Source: Mobula hypostoma
Taxonomy: Eukaryota
Reading direction: 5' to 3'
Length of the DNA stretch: 64,000 nucleotides
Assembly (NCBI RefSeq): GCF_963921235.1
Contig: NC_086106.1
Coordinates: forward strand, 93,000,001 to 93,064,000
Part shown: one piece after another, positions 13,385-26,977 of the stretch
Layout of the letters: each line of letters starts with the position of its first letter
How positions within the stretch are numbered: the stretch's first letter is position 1
Notes under the pieces: model-generated
Told to the model about the DNA's origin: nothing
The model's input: only the letters and a program-made list of their open reading frames with translations
The model's database searches: none
Translations under genes and position numbers: made by a program

Positions 13385-15642
13385 ATGCTTGCGTTCTCCC
13401 GACCTTGAATACCTAATGATCAACTGCTATCCGTTTTATATACCCAGGCAGCTCACATCCATGATCCTTACTGGAGTTTACATACCACCAGCAGCAGTCT
13501 ATAATCAAGTACTTGAGATACTGCATGATGCCATCTCCAAACAAACAGTCCATCCCGATACATTTCAAATCATAGTCGGGGATTTCAAACAGGCTTGTTT
13601 GAAGAAAACCCTGCCAAGTTACCATTGGCATATAACCTGTAGAACCAGAGGTTCCAACACACTAGACCACTGTTATACTAAGGTAAGGAATGCCTACCGT
13701 TCTATGCCCAGACCACATTTCGGTAAATCAAAACACTTGGCTGTTCTTCTCCTACCTGCATACAGGCAGAGGCTAAAGAGCAAGGTTCCAGAGATGAGGA
13801 CAACAAAGAAGTGGCCACGGGAGCCAGAGGAATGGCTATAGGATTGCTTTAAGTTGGTGGACTGGGCCATGTTCAGGGACTCATCTGTGGATCTGAATAA
13901 ATACACCATGGCTGTCACAGACTTTATAAAATCAGCTCTAGACGAGTGTGTTCTCACAAAATCATTCAGAATCTTCCCTAGCCTGAAGCCTTGGATGAAC
14001 CATGAGATCCACAATATGCTGAGAGCTAGATCAGAGACATTCAGATCCGGTGACCAACAAAGTTACAAGGTGTACAGGTACAATCTCCAGAAAGCCATCT
14101 CATGGGCATAGTGGCTATTCCAGACTAAACTGGAATCAAGAGATCTCCATACTTGTGGCAGGGCTTGAATGCTATCACCTCTAATAAAGTAAAATTAAAC
14201 AACACAGGTGACACCAGGGCTTCACTTTCAGATCTACTCAGTGCTTTCTATGCTTACTTTGACTGTCAAAGCTTGGAGGAACCATTGCAAACTCTTACAG
14301 CTCCCTTTGATCCTATGATTTCAGTCTCTGAGGCCAACATTCAAGCAGCCTTCAGAAGGGTGAAACCATGTAAGGGTACTTGGCTAACTACTAAAGACCT
14401 GTACTGATCAAAAGGCCAGAATGTTCTCTCAGATCTTTAACCAGTGCTGAAGAAGAGCATTGTAAAATGCCTCAATGATTGTCATCCAGTAGCACTTACA
14501 TCCACAGTGTTTCGAGAGGTTGGTGATGAAACAAATTAACTCCTGCCTGACAAGCGACTTGGATCCATTCCGATTCGCCTACCGGAGCAACAGGTTCACA
14601 GCAGATGCCACCTCATTGGCTCTTCACTCAACCGTGGATCATCTGGACAGCAAAAGTGCATACATCAGGATGCTCTTTATCGATTACAACTCAGCTTTGC
14701 ACTTATGACTGCATGACTAACCAAATCTCCGATGTCATACTCAAGTTTGCTGACAATGCAACTGCTGTAGGCTGAATAAAAGGTGGTGACAAATTAGCAT
14801 ATAGGAGGGAGATTGAATATCTGGCCGAGTGGTGACACAACAACATCCACCTACTCACTGGCAGCAAGACCACAGAGCCGAACACTGAGGTTCAGAGGTA
14901 AAGAGGATTAGCAACTTTAAATTCTTCGGTGTTACCATTTCAAAGGACCTGCACTGGACCCAGCACATAAGTGCAATCATGAAGAAAGTACTATTTAAAA
15001 TATTTACAAACTCCTGTATATAGGTAATGGAGAGTATATTGAATGGCTGCTTTGCAGTCTGGTATGGAAACACCAATGCCTTTGAATGGAAAATCCTACA
15101 GAAGGTAATGGATTCAGCCCAGTCCATCACAGGTAAAGCCCTTCCTACCATTCAACACACCTACACAGAGCACTATTGCAGGAAAACAGCATCGATCATC
15201 AGGTATCTCCACCATCAGGTCCTGCTCTCTTCTCACTGCTGCCATTAGAAAGATGACAGGAGCTTCAGGACTCACACCACCAGGTTCAGGAACAGTTATT
15301 ACCCCTCAACCATCAGGCTCTTGAGCCAAAGGGAATAACTTTACTCCGTTACGCTTGCCCCTCATTGAAACGTTCCCAGAACCTATGGACTCACTTTCAA
15401 GTACTCCTTATCTCATATTCTTGATATTTATTGCTTATTTAATTACTATTATTATTTATTTCTTTTTGTATTTGCACAGTTTATTGACACTGGTTGAACG
15501 CCCTGGTTTGTGCAGTCTTTGATTCATCCTATTATTGTTATTATTCTATTACGGATTTATAGAGTATGCCTGCAAGAAAATAAATTTCTGTTGTATATGG
15601 TGACATATTTATATTGATCATAAATTTACTTTGAACTTTGAT
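13385..15642 (+). mobile_element. Rex1/Babar-type LINE with AP-endonuclease remnant, degraded
   Basis: 13389-13841 GVYIPP..IVGDFKQ..TRGSNTLDHCY..PHFGKSKHLAVLLLPAYRQRLK (APE domain); DWAMFRD..KPWMN (13854-); LDPFRFAYRSNR..MLFIDYNSA (14520-); 3' (TTTGAAC)-type tail ~15620-15642. Confidence 0.88.
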
Positions 15643-16729
15643 ACACAGGACTCTGAGGTCAGAATCACCGAGTATTAACAGGATTAACTCATTCCTCTCA
15701 GGTGCAAATCTGACTTGATTCATCACATGAATTTTCTGGGTATTTGACTGCATGCCAACTGGATAATTCAGAGGCTTCTGATCAACTACAATTACCCAGC
15801 ATTAGGAACTGATGATAAAGTCAGCCCTTGAACTTCGGCATACAAGGCAGCAAATTAGAGTCAGTAATGCTGCTAAATTCTGAAAGCTCTAGAGGGATAA
15901 GAAGTCATGTGTGAAGCCTTCTTATTGTAATTCCAGATGGACAGAACTTGATTAAGACAACTGATTGTCTAATTCAAAGAATGCAATAGATTCTTTTCAA
16001 TGTATTTTCTGTTTTTTTTAAACTGATGTTGAAGATTTCAAGGTTGAAAAACTTAGAATTATAATATCAGAGAACCTACTTGCCAAGAACTGTTCTGCAT
16101 GGATTAAGATAACAAGTAAGAAATCTTTGTCCCACTGCACATTTAATTAAAACTAACAAATACATTGAATTGTGTATTTCATACAAAGACTCAAATTTTA
16201 ATTATTTATAATCTTAGATCCGGAACTTTATTGTTGTTTGCAATCACTTAGATGACGTTATCCTTTAGAGAATTAGGAAGAGGGAACATTCAATTTGCCT
16301 CCATGTTCCAAAATAAGGAAAAGGAAGTATTCACCAGCGTTCCACCTCCTAACTTCAATCCAGTCAGTACTTCCTGAACTAATGTGCCCATTAATGTTAG
16401 ATAGAGAGTGGTATCAAGCACAGTCAAAGCAGTGACTGATGATTGAACAGCTGGTGGAGACTTCCAGTTCAGATAGTTTCAGGAAGAATGTTAGGTGATG
16501 GATCGCTACTTCAGTTATATAGTATCATAGAAAGGAAGAAAAAGTAGAAGAGGAAGAGGATTATGAATTGTGAGGAGTAGACTGGAATGCCATGTAATAG
16601 ATAAAATGAATTACTTGTTCAGTTGGAATTATAAGCAATAACAGTGAAAAGAAAGAACAAACTCATTGGGAACACACATAAAAGTTGCTGGTGACGCAGC
16701 AGGCCAGGCAGCATCTGTAGGAAGAGGTG

Positions 16730-16767
16730 CAGTCGACGTTTCAGGCCGAGACCCTTCGTCAGGACTA
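16730..16767 (-). ncRNA. Minimal type I hammerhead ribozyme motif in the PLE terminal repeat
   Basis: Minus strand reads UAGUC-CUGACGA-AGG-GUCUCGG-CCU-GAAAC-GUC^-GACUG. Core CUGANGA and GAAA are intact, stem I is UAGUC/GACUG, stem II is AGG/CCU, and a palindromic ACGU replaces stem III. Matches the known PLE-associated minimal hammerhead architecture. Confidence 0.75.
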
Positions 16768-17050
16768 ACTGAAGGAAGAGTTAGTAAGGGATTTGAAAGT
16801 TGGAGGGGGAGGGGGAGATCCAAAATGATAGGAGAGGGGGAGGGATGGAGCCAAGAGCTGGACAGGTGATAGGCAAAAGGGATACGAGAGGATCATGGGA
16901 CAGGAGGTCTGGAAAGAAAGACAAGGGGGGGGGACCCAGAGGATGAGCAAGGGGTATATTCAGAGGGACAGAGGGAGAAAAAGGAGAGTAAGAGAAAGAA
17001 TGTGTGTATAAAAATAAGTAACAGATGGGGTACGAGGGGGAGGTGGGGCA

Positions 17051-18344
17051 TTAGCGGAAGTTAGAGAAGTCAATGTCCATGCCATCAGGTTGGAGGCTAC
17101 CCAGACGGAATATAAGGTGTTGTTCCTCCAACCTGAGTGTGGCTTCATCTTTACAGTAGAGGAGGCTGTGGATAGACATGTCAGAATGGGAATGGGATGT
17201 GGAATTAACATGTGTGGCCACTGGGAGATCCTGCTTTCTCTGGCGGACAGAGCGTAGGTGTTCAGCAAAGCGGTCTCCCAGTCTGCGTCGGGTCTCGCCA
17301 ATATATAAAAGGCCACATCGGGAGCACCGGACGCAGTATATCACACCAGCCGACTCACAGGTGAAGTGTTGCCTCACCTGGAAGGACTGTTTGGGGCCCT
17401 GAATGGTGGTAAGGGAGGAAGTGTAAGGGCATGTGTAGCACTTGTTCCGCTTACACGGATAAGTGCCAGGAGGGAGATCAGTGGGGAGGGATGGGAGGGA
17501 CGAATGGACAAGGGAGTCGCGTAGGGAGCGATCCCTGCGGAATGCAGAGGGGGGGGGAGGGAAAGATGTGCTTAGTGGTGGGATCCCGTTGGAGGTGGCG
17601 GAAGTTACGGAGAATAATATGTTGGACCCGGAGGCTGGTAGGGTGGTAGGTGAGGACCAGGGGAACCCTATTCCTAATGGGGTAGCGGGAAGATGGAGTG
17701 AGAGCAGATGTACGTGAAATGGGGGAGATGCGTTTAAGAGCAGAGTTGATAGTGGAGGAAGGGAAGCCCCTTTTTTTAAAAAAGGAAGACATCTCCCTCG
17801 TCCTAGAATGAAAAGCCTCATCCTGAGAGCAGATGCGGCGGAGACGGAGGAATTGCGAGAAGGGGATGGCGTTTTTGCAAGAGACAGGGTGAGAAGAGGA
17901 ATAGTCCAGATAGCTGTGAGAGTCAGTAGGCTTATAGTAGACAGCAGTGGATAAGCTGTCTCCAGAGACAGAGACAGAAAGATCTAGAAAGGGGAGGGAG
18001 GTGTCGGAAATGGACCAGGTAAACTTGAGGGCAGGGTGAAAGTTGGAGGCAAAGTTAATAAAGTCAACGAGCTCTGCATGCGTGCAGGAAGCAGCGCCAA
18101 TGCAGTCGTCAATGTAGCGAAGGGAAAGTGGGAGACAGATACCAGAATAGGCACAGAACATAGATTGTTCCACAAAGCCAACAAAAAGGCAGGCATAGCT
18201 AGGACCCATACGGGTGCCCATAGCTACACCTTTAGTTTGGAGGAAGTGGGAGGAGCCAAAGGAGAAATTATTAAGAGTAAGGACTAATTCCGCTAGACGG
18301 AGCAGAGTGGTGGTAGAGGGGAACTGATTAGGTCTGGAATCCAA
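17051..18344 (-). pseudogene. PLE reverse transcriptase-GIY-YIG endonuclease ORF, N-terminally truncated, one frameshift
   Basis: ORF 17478-18344 carries the RT and ORF 17051-17821 carries the endonuclease. The frames switch at the G run ~17548-17561 (HIFPSPP / SAFRRDRSL). Confidence 0.9.
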
Positions 18345-19374
18345 AAAGAAGGTTTGAGACCTTCCTGATGGGGGATGGAAGTATATAGGGACTGGTTTTT
18401 TCCCATTGCTTCAAATTTGAAAATTTTGGCACTGGTCACATCAGACATGATAGGTCTGTCAAAGTTCATCTAGTCTGAGATTCTATGCAGTATTAGCAAT
18501 GGAAACTCAAGAATATTTTCTTAAATAGATCCAAGAATCTTCTGCTACCACTTTACTTTGTGTAGTAATACTTTGGATGGGAGTTTCTACCTTTGTAACT
18601 CAGGGTGAGGGATCTTGGGGGCCAGAAATCTCTGTTGAACTGAGATGCAACAACCATCACATTGCCCAGTTTTACTGGTGGATCCTGGGAAGTGATTTGT
18701 TCCCTAAAGTAGTGATGTTCTTGGTGTCTTTTCCTCAAAGAATCTAAGAGAACGTTTTGTTATATTATAATCATGTCCACAAAGTGCTATGAGATGTCCT
18801 ATGAATTTGAATGTATAATTACAGTTGTATTTCTTCTTTCATGGTTAAGTGTCATCAGGGTCCCATTTGCTCTTTAAGAAATAGGTGTGAAAATTTTTGT
18901 CCTCAAACTTTTAAAAACCTCATTAGAATCATTTGCAAATGACTGATCTCTGCTGCAACTAAATTCTTGACCTCACATTATGCCAGGATAGTCTAAATCC
19001 AGGAAACATCACAAGCTATTCCTCAGCAAGAAGACACAAAATTGCAAGAGAACAGTTGAACATTTCTGAACGTAGTTCAGAAGTCCACAGAAGTGATCAG
19101 GGAATTTTTTTCTAACATATTCTGTGTTAGAGGTTCCTGTATTTTCAACTAACAAATGTTGTGTTCTTCAATCATGGTAATGTCTTTGGAAATATTGGGC
19201 CTATAAATAAGAAAGGCTTGACAACATCAATCAAAATCCTCTCATTTTGCACCTTACATTCCACCCATGAGTTAACCAGCATCTGAATTTTAGGATTCCT
19301 GACAATGCAGCAATTTCTTGATACTCAAGATAACGTGTCTGCCATGCAGGACTGAATTGAGAAGGAATTTATTG

Positions 19375-19600
19375 AAGCAGACGTTGTGAGTCTATGAAAC
19401 TCTTTCTCCAAGAGGAAGACTTAAATTACTGAGTACAGTCAGGGCAGTTGCTTGATAGAATTTTGGATATTAAGGGAATCCAGGGTAATGGTTATTAATA
19501 GCACAACAAAGTGGCACAAAAGTGAAAAATTATCTATGATCTGATCTGGAGCAGGAACAAGGAACATCATGACCTAGTCATTCCATTGTTTTATGTTCTT
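19375..19600 (+). mobile_element. Old CR1 3' fragment
   Basis: gttgtgagtctatgaaactct...ttgatagaattttggatattaagggaatccagggt...ttttatgttctt resembles the reverse complement of the CR1 3' end at 7413-7670. Confidence 0.6.
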
Positions 19601-19889
19601 TGGTATTTAAACAACAGTGCAATATTCAGTTGTGATGTAAAAGGAAGAGAGTGGGGTGAACAGGTAACCTTCACCTTCAGTCAATTATGGTGCATGTGGA
19701 TATTATTAGTCTACTTCAGTGCAGGGATTGGCCAGTGTGCAGCCAAGCAAATCAGATAGGGATGTTGCGTTAACTCTGTTCATACATGCAGAATGATTCA
19801 GGCAACGTCTCAGAATGTCACCATCTGCCCTCTGTTTAAGTTTGAATGTGAGTTTGGCTAAATCCAAAGCATATACTGTGAACATCAAA

Positions 19890-20205
19890 AAAAAATGCAG
19901 ATGATAGAAATCTAAAATGAAACAAACATTGCCAGAGATACTCAACAAGTTAGATCACATCTGTGGGACGATAAACAGAGATAGCAGTACTTCATCACCA
20001 TTCCCCCATCCACTTGGCTTCATCTATCACCTAGCTTATCATTCTTCTCCTCTCCCCTCTTTCTTATTGTGCCATCCTCCCCTTTCCTTTCCATTCTGAT
20101 GAAGGATCGCAGCCCATAGCGTCGACTGTTTATCCATTTCAACAGATGGTGCCCGACGTGCTGAGTTCCTCCAGCATTTTGTGTGTGTCGAACCAGACTT
20201 TTCTG
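19890..20205. repeat. PLE terminal-repeat fragments, inverted pair, with decayed hammerhead
   Basis: 19890-19975 is in one orientation and 19995-20205 is inverted. CTGATGA..GTCGACTG at 20096-20128 has the GAAA mutated. Confidence 0.7.
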
Positions 20206-21830
20206 TTTTGTTTATTATATGGTGTGTTGCGCATATATGGCTAATTCTGGAATGATTCAAGCATCCAAACACAGATTAAGCTGTCCTACCAGTATGTCTG
20301 GAACTAACCAAATAATAAGCTATTGCATATCACACACAGGTGTCATTTAGACATATATTTAGATGCGTATAAAATAATTTTGTTTGATTATATTCTCTTT
20401 CATCCTCTGCTATGAGATTGCTACAGTTGTGTCAATATACATCAGGGTCCAAAGCCAGAACTTAACTTAACATTTCAGAAGGAGCCATATTTACCTTGGC
20501 TCAGCTCTTTGGCCCTGTTTGCCCAGCACTATATAGCATTTTGCTTTCAAAAAATAGTGTGTAGATGGAATTATGGAAGGTTTATTTGCATTTCTGTTTG
20601 ATCTGTCATATATTTTCCCTTCAGGGGTTTAAGTCTAAGTTCAGTAAGACAAAGAAAAATTTAAAGAATAACAGAAGAATTAGAAATAATTTTCATAAAA
20701 CTGGAAACAGAAACATAAATCCAACAGTTTGGAAATAGAATTTTTAACGGTATTGTGTTTGCTGACCGCAAAGTTCTAAACTCAAACGATGACCTTAAGC
20801 CTCATTGGAATAGATAGCTATGGGTACCTTCACTAGAGGGAGGTTATACTCTAACTACCCAAACTGCAAAGACTAGTTCACTTCCCTGTTTATACACCGT
20901 GGCAAGTTTAGCTTCTAATACCCACTATTTGAGCGATGTGACCTCCCCTCTCTACCAATGAGGAAATATTTCCAGCTAACAAAGTAGTTTAAATGCAGTT
21001 CAATTATTTTTAGTGATACACATTTAAATCCAAACAACATTCTTAAAACACATTTAAAGCTCACAGAGGATTTCTATCTTATAAAAGACTTCCAAGTTAC
21101 AAACAATATCAAAAACACAAAGTATTCCCAAAACACAGGTACAATTACTGTAAGCTAAAAAGATATACCCACGAGCCGCAGATGAACCAACTGTCTGTCG
21201 CAGAAATTGAAGGCAGAGGAAGGGATTCAAATTCACCCCATGTTTCTGTCATTCTTTTTGATGTACCTGGACCATTCCTAATAAGCCTGAATTGTTGTCT
21301 ACATTTATACTGTTTCTTTGCCACTTGGGTGACTTCACACTCACAATATTTTTTCAAATAACTTTAATGCAAGTGTTCTACAAGCTTCTGGAGGCAGAGA
21401 TCCCAGGTACCCTCAATCAATGCTGTGAGGACGACTCTTTTAAGTACATAAACCTTTGATCTGTTAATAAATCAGATAGTTAACGTGTTAAATGATTATA
21501 TCAATCTGGTCAGCAAGTTTCCTTGAACTAAAAAACAGCTTAGCCAGTGTTCTCTGCTTTAAAGCATGCTAAATGAAATAACCCATTGTCTTGTACTAAA
21601 CCACTTCAGCAGTTAGGCCTGGTGCCGTGAGCCAGCAAGACTGCAAAATCGACAGTGCTTGTTTGCAAAATTGTCCTTTCAAACTGATTACTACTTGCAA
21701 TTTACATTAAGAAATGAAGACTGGCTCCTGTTTATCACAATTTTCTAAACAAAGAATATTAACTGGCGGCTTAATCTACTCAAAAATCTTTAGAAGTTTT
21801 TTTATTTTTAGAAGTGTCAGCTACTATGAT

Positions 21831-22133
21831 TTTATTTAGCGATACAGCATGAAGTATGCTATTACAGGCCTTCATTGCTGGATTGCCACCCGAGCAATCT
21901 AACAATCCTGATTAACACTAACTTAATCACTGGACAATTTACAATCACCAATTAATGTACTCGGCATCTCTTTGGACTATAGGAAGAAACAGGAGCACCC
22001 AGGGAAAACCTACACATTCCATGAGGGGGATATACAGAGACTCCTTACAGAATGGTGACAGAATTGAACTCCAAATTCTGGAACACACTGAGCAGTAATA
22101 GTGTTGCACTAACCACTATGCTACCCTGGCGCC
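21831..22133 (-). mobile_element. V-SINE (HE1-like), tRNA-derived head
   Basis: Minus strand: A box TAGCATAGTGG (22113-22123), B box GAGTTCAATTC (22061-22071), V-domain-like ggttttccctgggtgctcctgtttcttcctatagtccaaaga, CR1-like tail. Confidence 0.8.
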
Positions 22134-22349
22134 TCACATTTAAAAGGCTGAGCTTGGCAAAAAATAAAAAAATGGGCCCTTTTGTCCATGGACTGTGAAT
22201 ATCCATTGCAGAATTGTTTGACTAGGGTAAGCTAATCTTTTCAGCCTGTGGGAATTCCTGTTTTTCAATTTTGACATTCAGTACTTCTCCTCAAACTTAT
22301 GATAGTTTTGTCCAACTTATGGGGATATTATGCACATAATATAAAAAAA

Positions 22350-23520
22350 GTTCTAGAAATTGCACAGCAGGTAAGGCAGCATCTGTAGAGAGAATGGTAA
22401 CATTTCAGCTTGATGGCCGTTCATTGAAACGTGAATATCTGAAAGTGAATCTAGTTCTATTTTGCAGAGATCAATAGTGGGGTGAGGAGATGGATGTGAA
22501 GAGCCAAAGAGCTGGTTTGGTGTACAGTGGATGCCAGGAGTGACAGAGTGCCTCCAGCAGTGGTGGATCTTGGTGACAGTGGGTAATAGTAATGGTGAAT
22601 GACAAAAATTGCATTTGGAGAAGAGTAAATAGGAAAAGACAAACAAACTTTGAACTATCAGAAGAGGAGAGGAAGAAGGAAAAATGGAATGCTGGAAATG
22701 TAAAATTACCTGAAATTGTTCAATTAAATTTTGAATCCTCAAATAATGTGCTGCACCATCAGAAGGTGAATTACTGCTTCATGAGTCTTGTAGACTGAAT
22801 TGAGGTGTCGCAGAGTGGTTACTCAACCTGAATTTGGTTTTCCAATATAATGAAGACTGCATCATGAACATGGTGTTCAGTACATTAAATTGGTTGATGC
22901 ACAATAAAATCACTGCTTAAATTGTAAGGTATCTTGGGGTCCTAGAAAAACACTGATGGGCGCTGTGAGAGGAATAAGTTGGTATTGGTGGAAAAGAAAA
23001 AATTAATCAAGGAGTCAGGAAGGGTGGGGTGTATTTGAAACCATAAAGGCAGAGAAGGAAAGGTGTGTCTAGAGGGGGTATCATTTTGGAGTTGTTGGAA
23101 ATTATGAATGATTCATTGGATAAAGAGATTAATAGGTTGGAAGGAGAGGATAGTGGTAACTATCCTTGTTCTGAGTGGAAAAAGTATAGGCGAGAGCAGA
23201 AATGTAATAAATGGGAACAGATACAGTTGAGATCGTTAGAACGACTATGGTTGATTCTGTCAACTATCATGGAAGGATAACGATAGATGAAGAGAAAGGA
23301 AGACATATTTGAGGTATTGGTGGCATTGTCAAGCAGCTGCAATAGAGACTTGGAAACTGGGAAGCAAAATGGAAGGAAGTTAAGTTAGTCCTCAGTATCT
23401 TTGAGTTTTTAGTAGATCGTGGTTGGTAACCAATATTCTGAAGAAGAAATTGAAAAATCAACAATTAAAAAAGAGCTAGAAATTGACCAGATGAACGTGA
23501 GACCAGGGTAGAAATTGACA
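22350..23520 (-). mobile_element. Old degraded Penelope-like element
   Basis: Minus strand of ~22805-22900 translates NLMY*TPCS*CSLHYIGKTKFRLSNHSA (GIY-YIG). pLTR-like sequence at 22350-22450. Collinear with the 16671-18395 copy. Confidence 0.75.
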
Positions 23521-24559
23521 TATAATGCAATATATGCGATTTGAAAGTAATCTGTGTTCACTATAAGATTCTAATAGTGGGGGTGGTGGATGGCAATATA
23601 TCTAAATGAAATGAACTGCTTTATAATTTTCTTTAGAGAGAGGTTTGTTGGAAAACTTGTCAGGAGCTTTGGGAATTGTTCCAGATGATCAAGTTGAAGG
23701 TTAGCTGAAAGGTGCTTGAATAAATTAAATAAAAGCAATTGACTGTGTATACCAGAAACATTATTTTATTTGGTGAAATATTAATCTCAGTCTCCAACTG
23801 TTAGTCTGGAGTTCTTAATGTTTGTTGCATTCTTCTAATCTGACATTTCACACCTACAGCAATAAGAGCACGTAAGAGCATGGAAATTGTTGCAATAATG
23901 TCCATCAGGTCCAACATGCCACTGATTAATTATCGTTCCGCTTCATCACCAAATCCTAACTTTATTCATGCCTTCCTGTGAATGTATGTGTGATATTTAT
24001 GGAAATTATGTTAATTGCTATTGACTCCCATCAGATGTCTTTTGATGCTTCCTGATTCTATGTTCCTGGCCTAAAGGGTAAGTTTTATTCTATATCAGCC
24101 TCGATATCAAAGTCTGGCTCCATCACTGATTGTGAATAAGTCAATGTTTCCCACTTAGTCCTTATGAGTGAAAGAGTTATATGCAGTATTATTACTATGA
24201 TCTTTGACATTATTCTTAGCATTTTTTGCTAATAGTTCTCATTCTGAAAACAGATCGGAACCTTGTAGTTGCCTGTTCAGCTGTACGTTATGTAGCTTGT
24301 TTAACTTTTGCAAGAAAATTATGACCCAAGATTGCAGTTAACATCCCTAATCTTCAAAATCTTCCTGACACTGCATATAAGGGAGGCCTGATAGACCAAT
24401 TTAAATTTCCTGGCACAGGGTAACAGGCATTCATGTGCATAATTTAGTAGTATTGTCATAGACCAAAGTTCCTGTTGGTCTGATCACGCCAATGCTACTG
24501 TACTTTCTGGGATGAACAATTAACCAACATTTAAAGTATACCTTGGATTTTTTTTTAAG

Positions 24560-24810
24560 AGAAAGGGCTTATATAAAGCATCCGCCAAGTCAAAGGTCTT
24601 CCATCAACATCCCCACTGTACAACATTGGGCTGTGACAATAACATTTCTCAGTGAGATCCTAGAAATCTTGAGCAACTTCCTATATCTCTTGAACCACCA
24701 CTCAGCAAAGACAAGCATAGACAATGAAATTGAGTACTTCCTTCTGTGTAGCTGCACGGCTTTTAGTAGTGTTTTGAAAAGACTGTTTAAGTATCAAAGC
24801 TTGTGTCTAG
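24560..24810 (+). mobile_element. Old RTE-clade LINE fragment
   Basis: ORF 24543-24908 contains FLYLLNHHSAKTSIDNEIEYFLLCSCTAFSSVLKRLF, resembling the RTE post-RT motif F.YLGS.LS....ID.EI..R...AS.AFG.L..RVF. Confidence 0.6.
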
Positions 24811-25199
24811 GGGGCAGCATTGATTGCACATCCCTTACTCTTAACCTTCTATATGCTCCATGGGCAAAAACTGTCTGCAAGAGTTCCTTCAAGGCACAGG
24901 AGAGGTAGCACCAATATTCTTTTTCATAAAATTCTCTAAATACTCTGTCAGGAGAAATGAACTAAAATTGTCATCTTTCCCAGGACCAATCTCATTAGCC
25001 TCACATCAAGCCACATTACTTACATTCCTGATACTACATTCTCAAAACAAGATCCTACTTTGAACTCCACCATGGCAGGATATTACTAATTAAACAAAGG
25101 AAATGACTTGAATATATTTTCCATTCCTCCTTGAAAATTTTAACATTCTCACTAAATGATCTCGAGAGCATCTAGAATGGCACTGAGAAACTTGAATCA

Positions 25200-25392
25200 G
25201 TTTAAGATGGCTCTGATGAAGTACAGCAACAACTTACTGGCAGCAACGAAAACACACAAAGCTATAAATTGGGTGCTTGAAATGGGTGCTATTGGGTTTC
25301 TATGTTTTGTGGCTGCCTGTAAGCAGACGAATCTCAAGTTTCTATATAATATACATACTTCGATAATAAATGTACATTAACTTTGAACTTGA
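25200..25392 (+). mobile_element. Short non-autonomous element with Rex1-type tail
   Basis: AAGATGGC at ~25204. 3' block shared with 10361-10697, ending AATAAA..TTTGAAC. Confidence 0.6.
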
Positions 25393-26707
25393 TCTTCTTC
25401 TTCCTGGTGAAAAGACCACTTCATAGGCAAAAACAGAGCCAATCTTCAATCTACCACTTGCGGTGATCAAACATTTCCTGCCCCCAATGTAATAAAGACT
25501 GTGTCCATATTGTCATTATTTTCCTTAGAATGCACAGAAATAGAGTAGAACTGAGTCATCCTCAGCCCAGAGAGATTGCCTGTATGCCTAATTTTGTGAT
25601 TATTTTTGTAAACCAGCTACAGTACACATAAACTGACCTCCACAGTTTTTCTATATCACATCTTGTGATTCATTACCCTTTGCTTTTCCTGATCATACTT
25701 TTGTCAGTGATTCGCAGATGTTCAGTTTTGCTCCTGTTCGCCTCCTCTTATCCTTGCTCTGAAATGTTTCATGTCTCTACCCCAGACAGTGAAATGTTGA
25801 CTCAGTTTCTCTGTGCATCAATGCTGATGAGCTGACTATTTCCAGCACTTTCTGCTTTCATTGCAAATCTTAGACATCCATTGTGATGTTCGTTAGAATG
25901 TTGGCTTGGAGTACAATCCATTGCTGTAGATGGGGGTCAATGAATTTAAGGGCAAAGATTTATAGACACCAATGTGATATTCACCTCCTGAATAAATCTA
26001 CCATATGGCAAAATTAATGTTCTTCCTCATGTAGTAAGCCAAATTTTAGGCAGAGAACGATTAATCAGTTAACTCTGCCAAAGAAGGTGCCTGCTTCCTG
26101 CATTGTATTTAAGTGTCTGGCTTATAAGTATCCTCAATTTTGTTGCAAAGGATACAATTATGTAAAGTTTCAAAGCAGATGTACCCTTTTGGGATTTGTC
26201 AAAGACGATGCTGAATGAAACAGCATGGAAGAACTTCCTCATCATTTGCAAAGTATCAGCAGTGTTAAAGTGATATAAAAGTAACTTTCAAAAAAAGTTA
26301 GGTAGACAATTATTCCTTAGTCTCCAGTTCTGTAGGTACTTACAGAAAAATTTTCAGGTATTTTATTTAGGAATCCTTTGTTCCAGTAACTATAATGCTC
26401 TGCCTTGAAATTATCTCAAGCTGGTAGTGTTAAGTGCATCATTCAGTCAAGAGCTTTGTATTCTGAAATATTGTCAGTGCAATTTGACACAAGTTGTCTT
26501 AACTTAAGTGAGATACAGATAAAGCTCAAAGAAAGACTTTTTTTGATTGGAATTGATAATTGAGGAGAAACTTAAATTAATTAATGAGATGAATAGAGAG
26601 GAGATAAGGAAATGGAGATACAAATCATCATTATATTTAGAATGTACCTTGTTGTAAACTTCATTGTTACAGTCAGAGAACTGGGAAGTTGGAATGATCT
26701 AATTAGT

Positions 26708-26840
26708 AACACAAGAGATGCTGCAGTTATTCAAAACCCAGAGTAACACACACACAAACTGCGGAAGCAACTCAGCAGGTTAGGCAGCATCTATGGAGAG
26801 GAATAAACAGATGAGGTTTTGGGCTGAGATCCTTCATCAT
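26708..26840 (-). repeat. PLE terminal-repeat fragment (followed by CR1 tail remnant to ~26910)
   Basis: caactcagcaggttaggcagcatctatggagagg..gttttgggctgagatccttcatca matches the PLE terminus. Hammerhead core is degenerate. Confidence 0.7.
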
Positions 26841-26977
26841 GCCATTTTTGACTGACGTGAACATGATGAGCCAAAAGGCTTGCTTTTCTGCTATAACTAC
26901 TATGATTTCAACAATGGCTACAAACAGAGGTTGAAAATGTAGATGATTTTAGAGCGATTTGTGGGTTTACAACATTT

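Larger units (their letters stand above)
16671..18395 (-). mobile_element. Penelope-like retroelement (probably Neptune-type), young, 5'-truncated
   Basis: RT motifs QTKGVAMGTRMGPSYACLF, RYIDD, LPFLD, YKPTDSHSYL; Cys linker PCKRNKCYTC; GIY-YIG VIYCVRCSRCGLLYIGETRRRLGDRFAEH. Purine/pyrimidine-skewed pLTR at 16671-17050. CpGs largely retained. Confidence 0.95.

Noticed and set aside
20090-20130. Additional functional hammerheads (also ~26815, ~34520, ~57905)
   Set aside because: Each has lost the GAAA, the CUGANGA or a foldable stem II.
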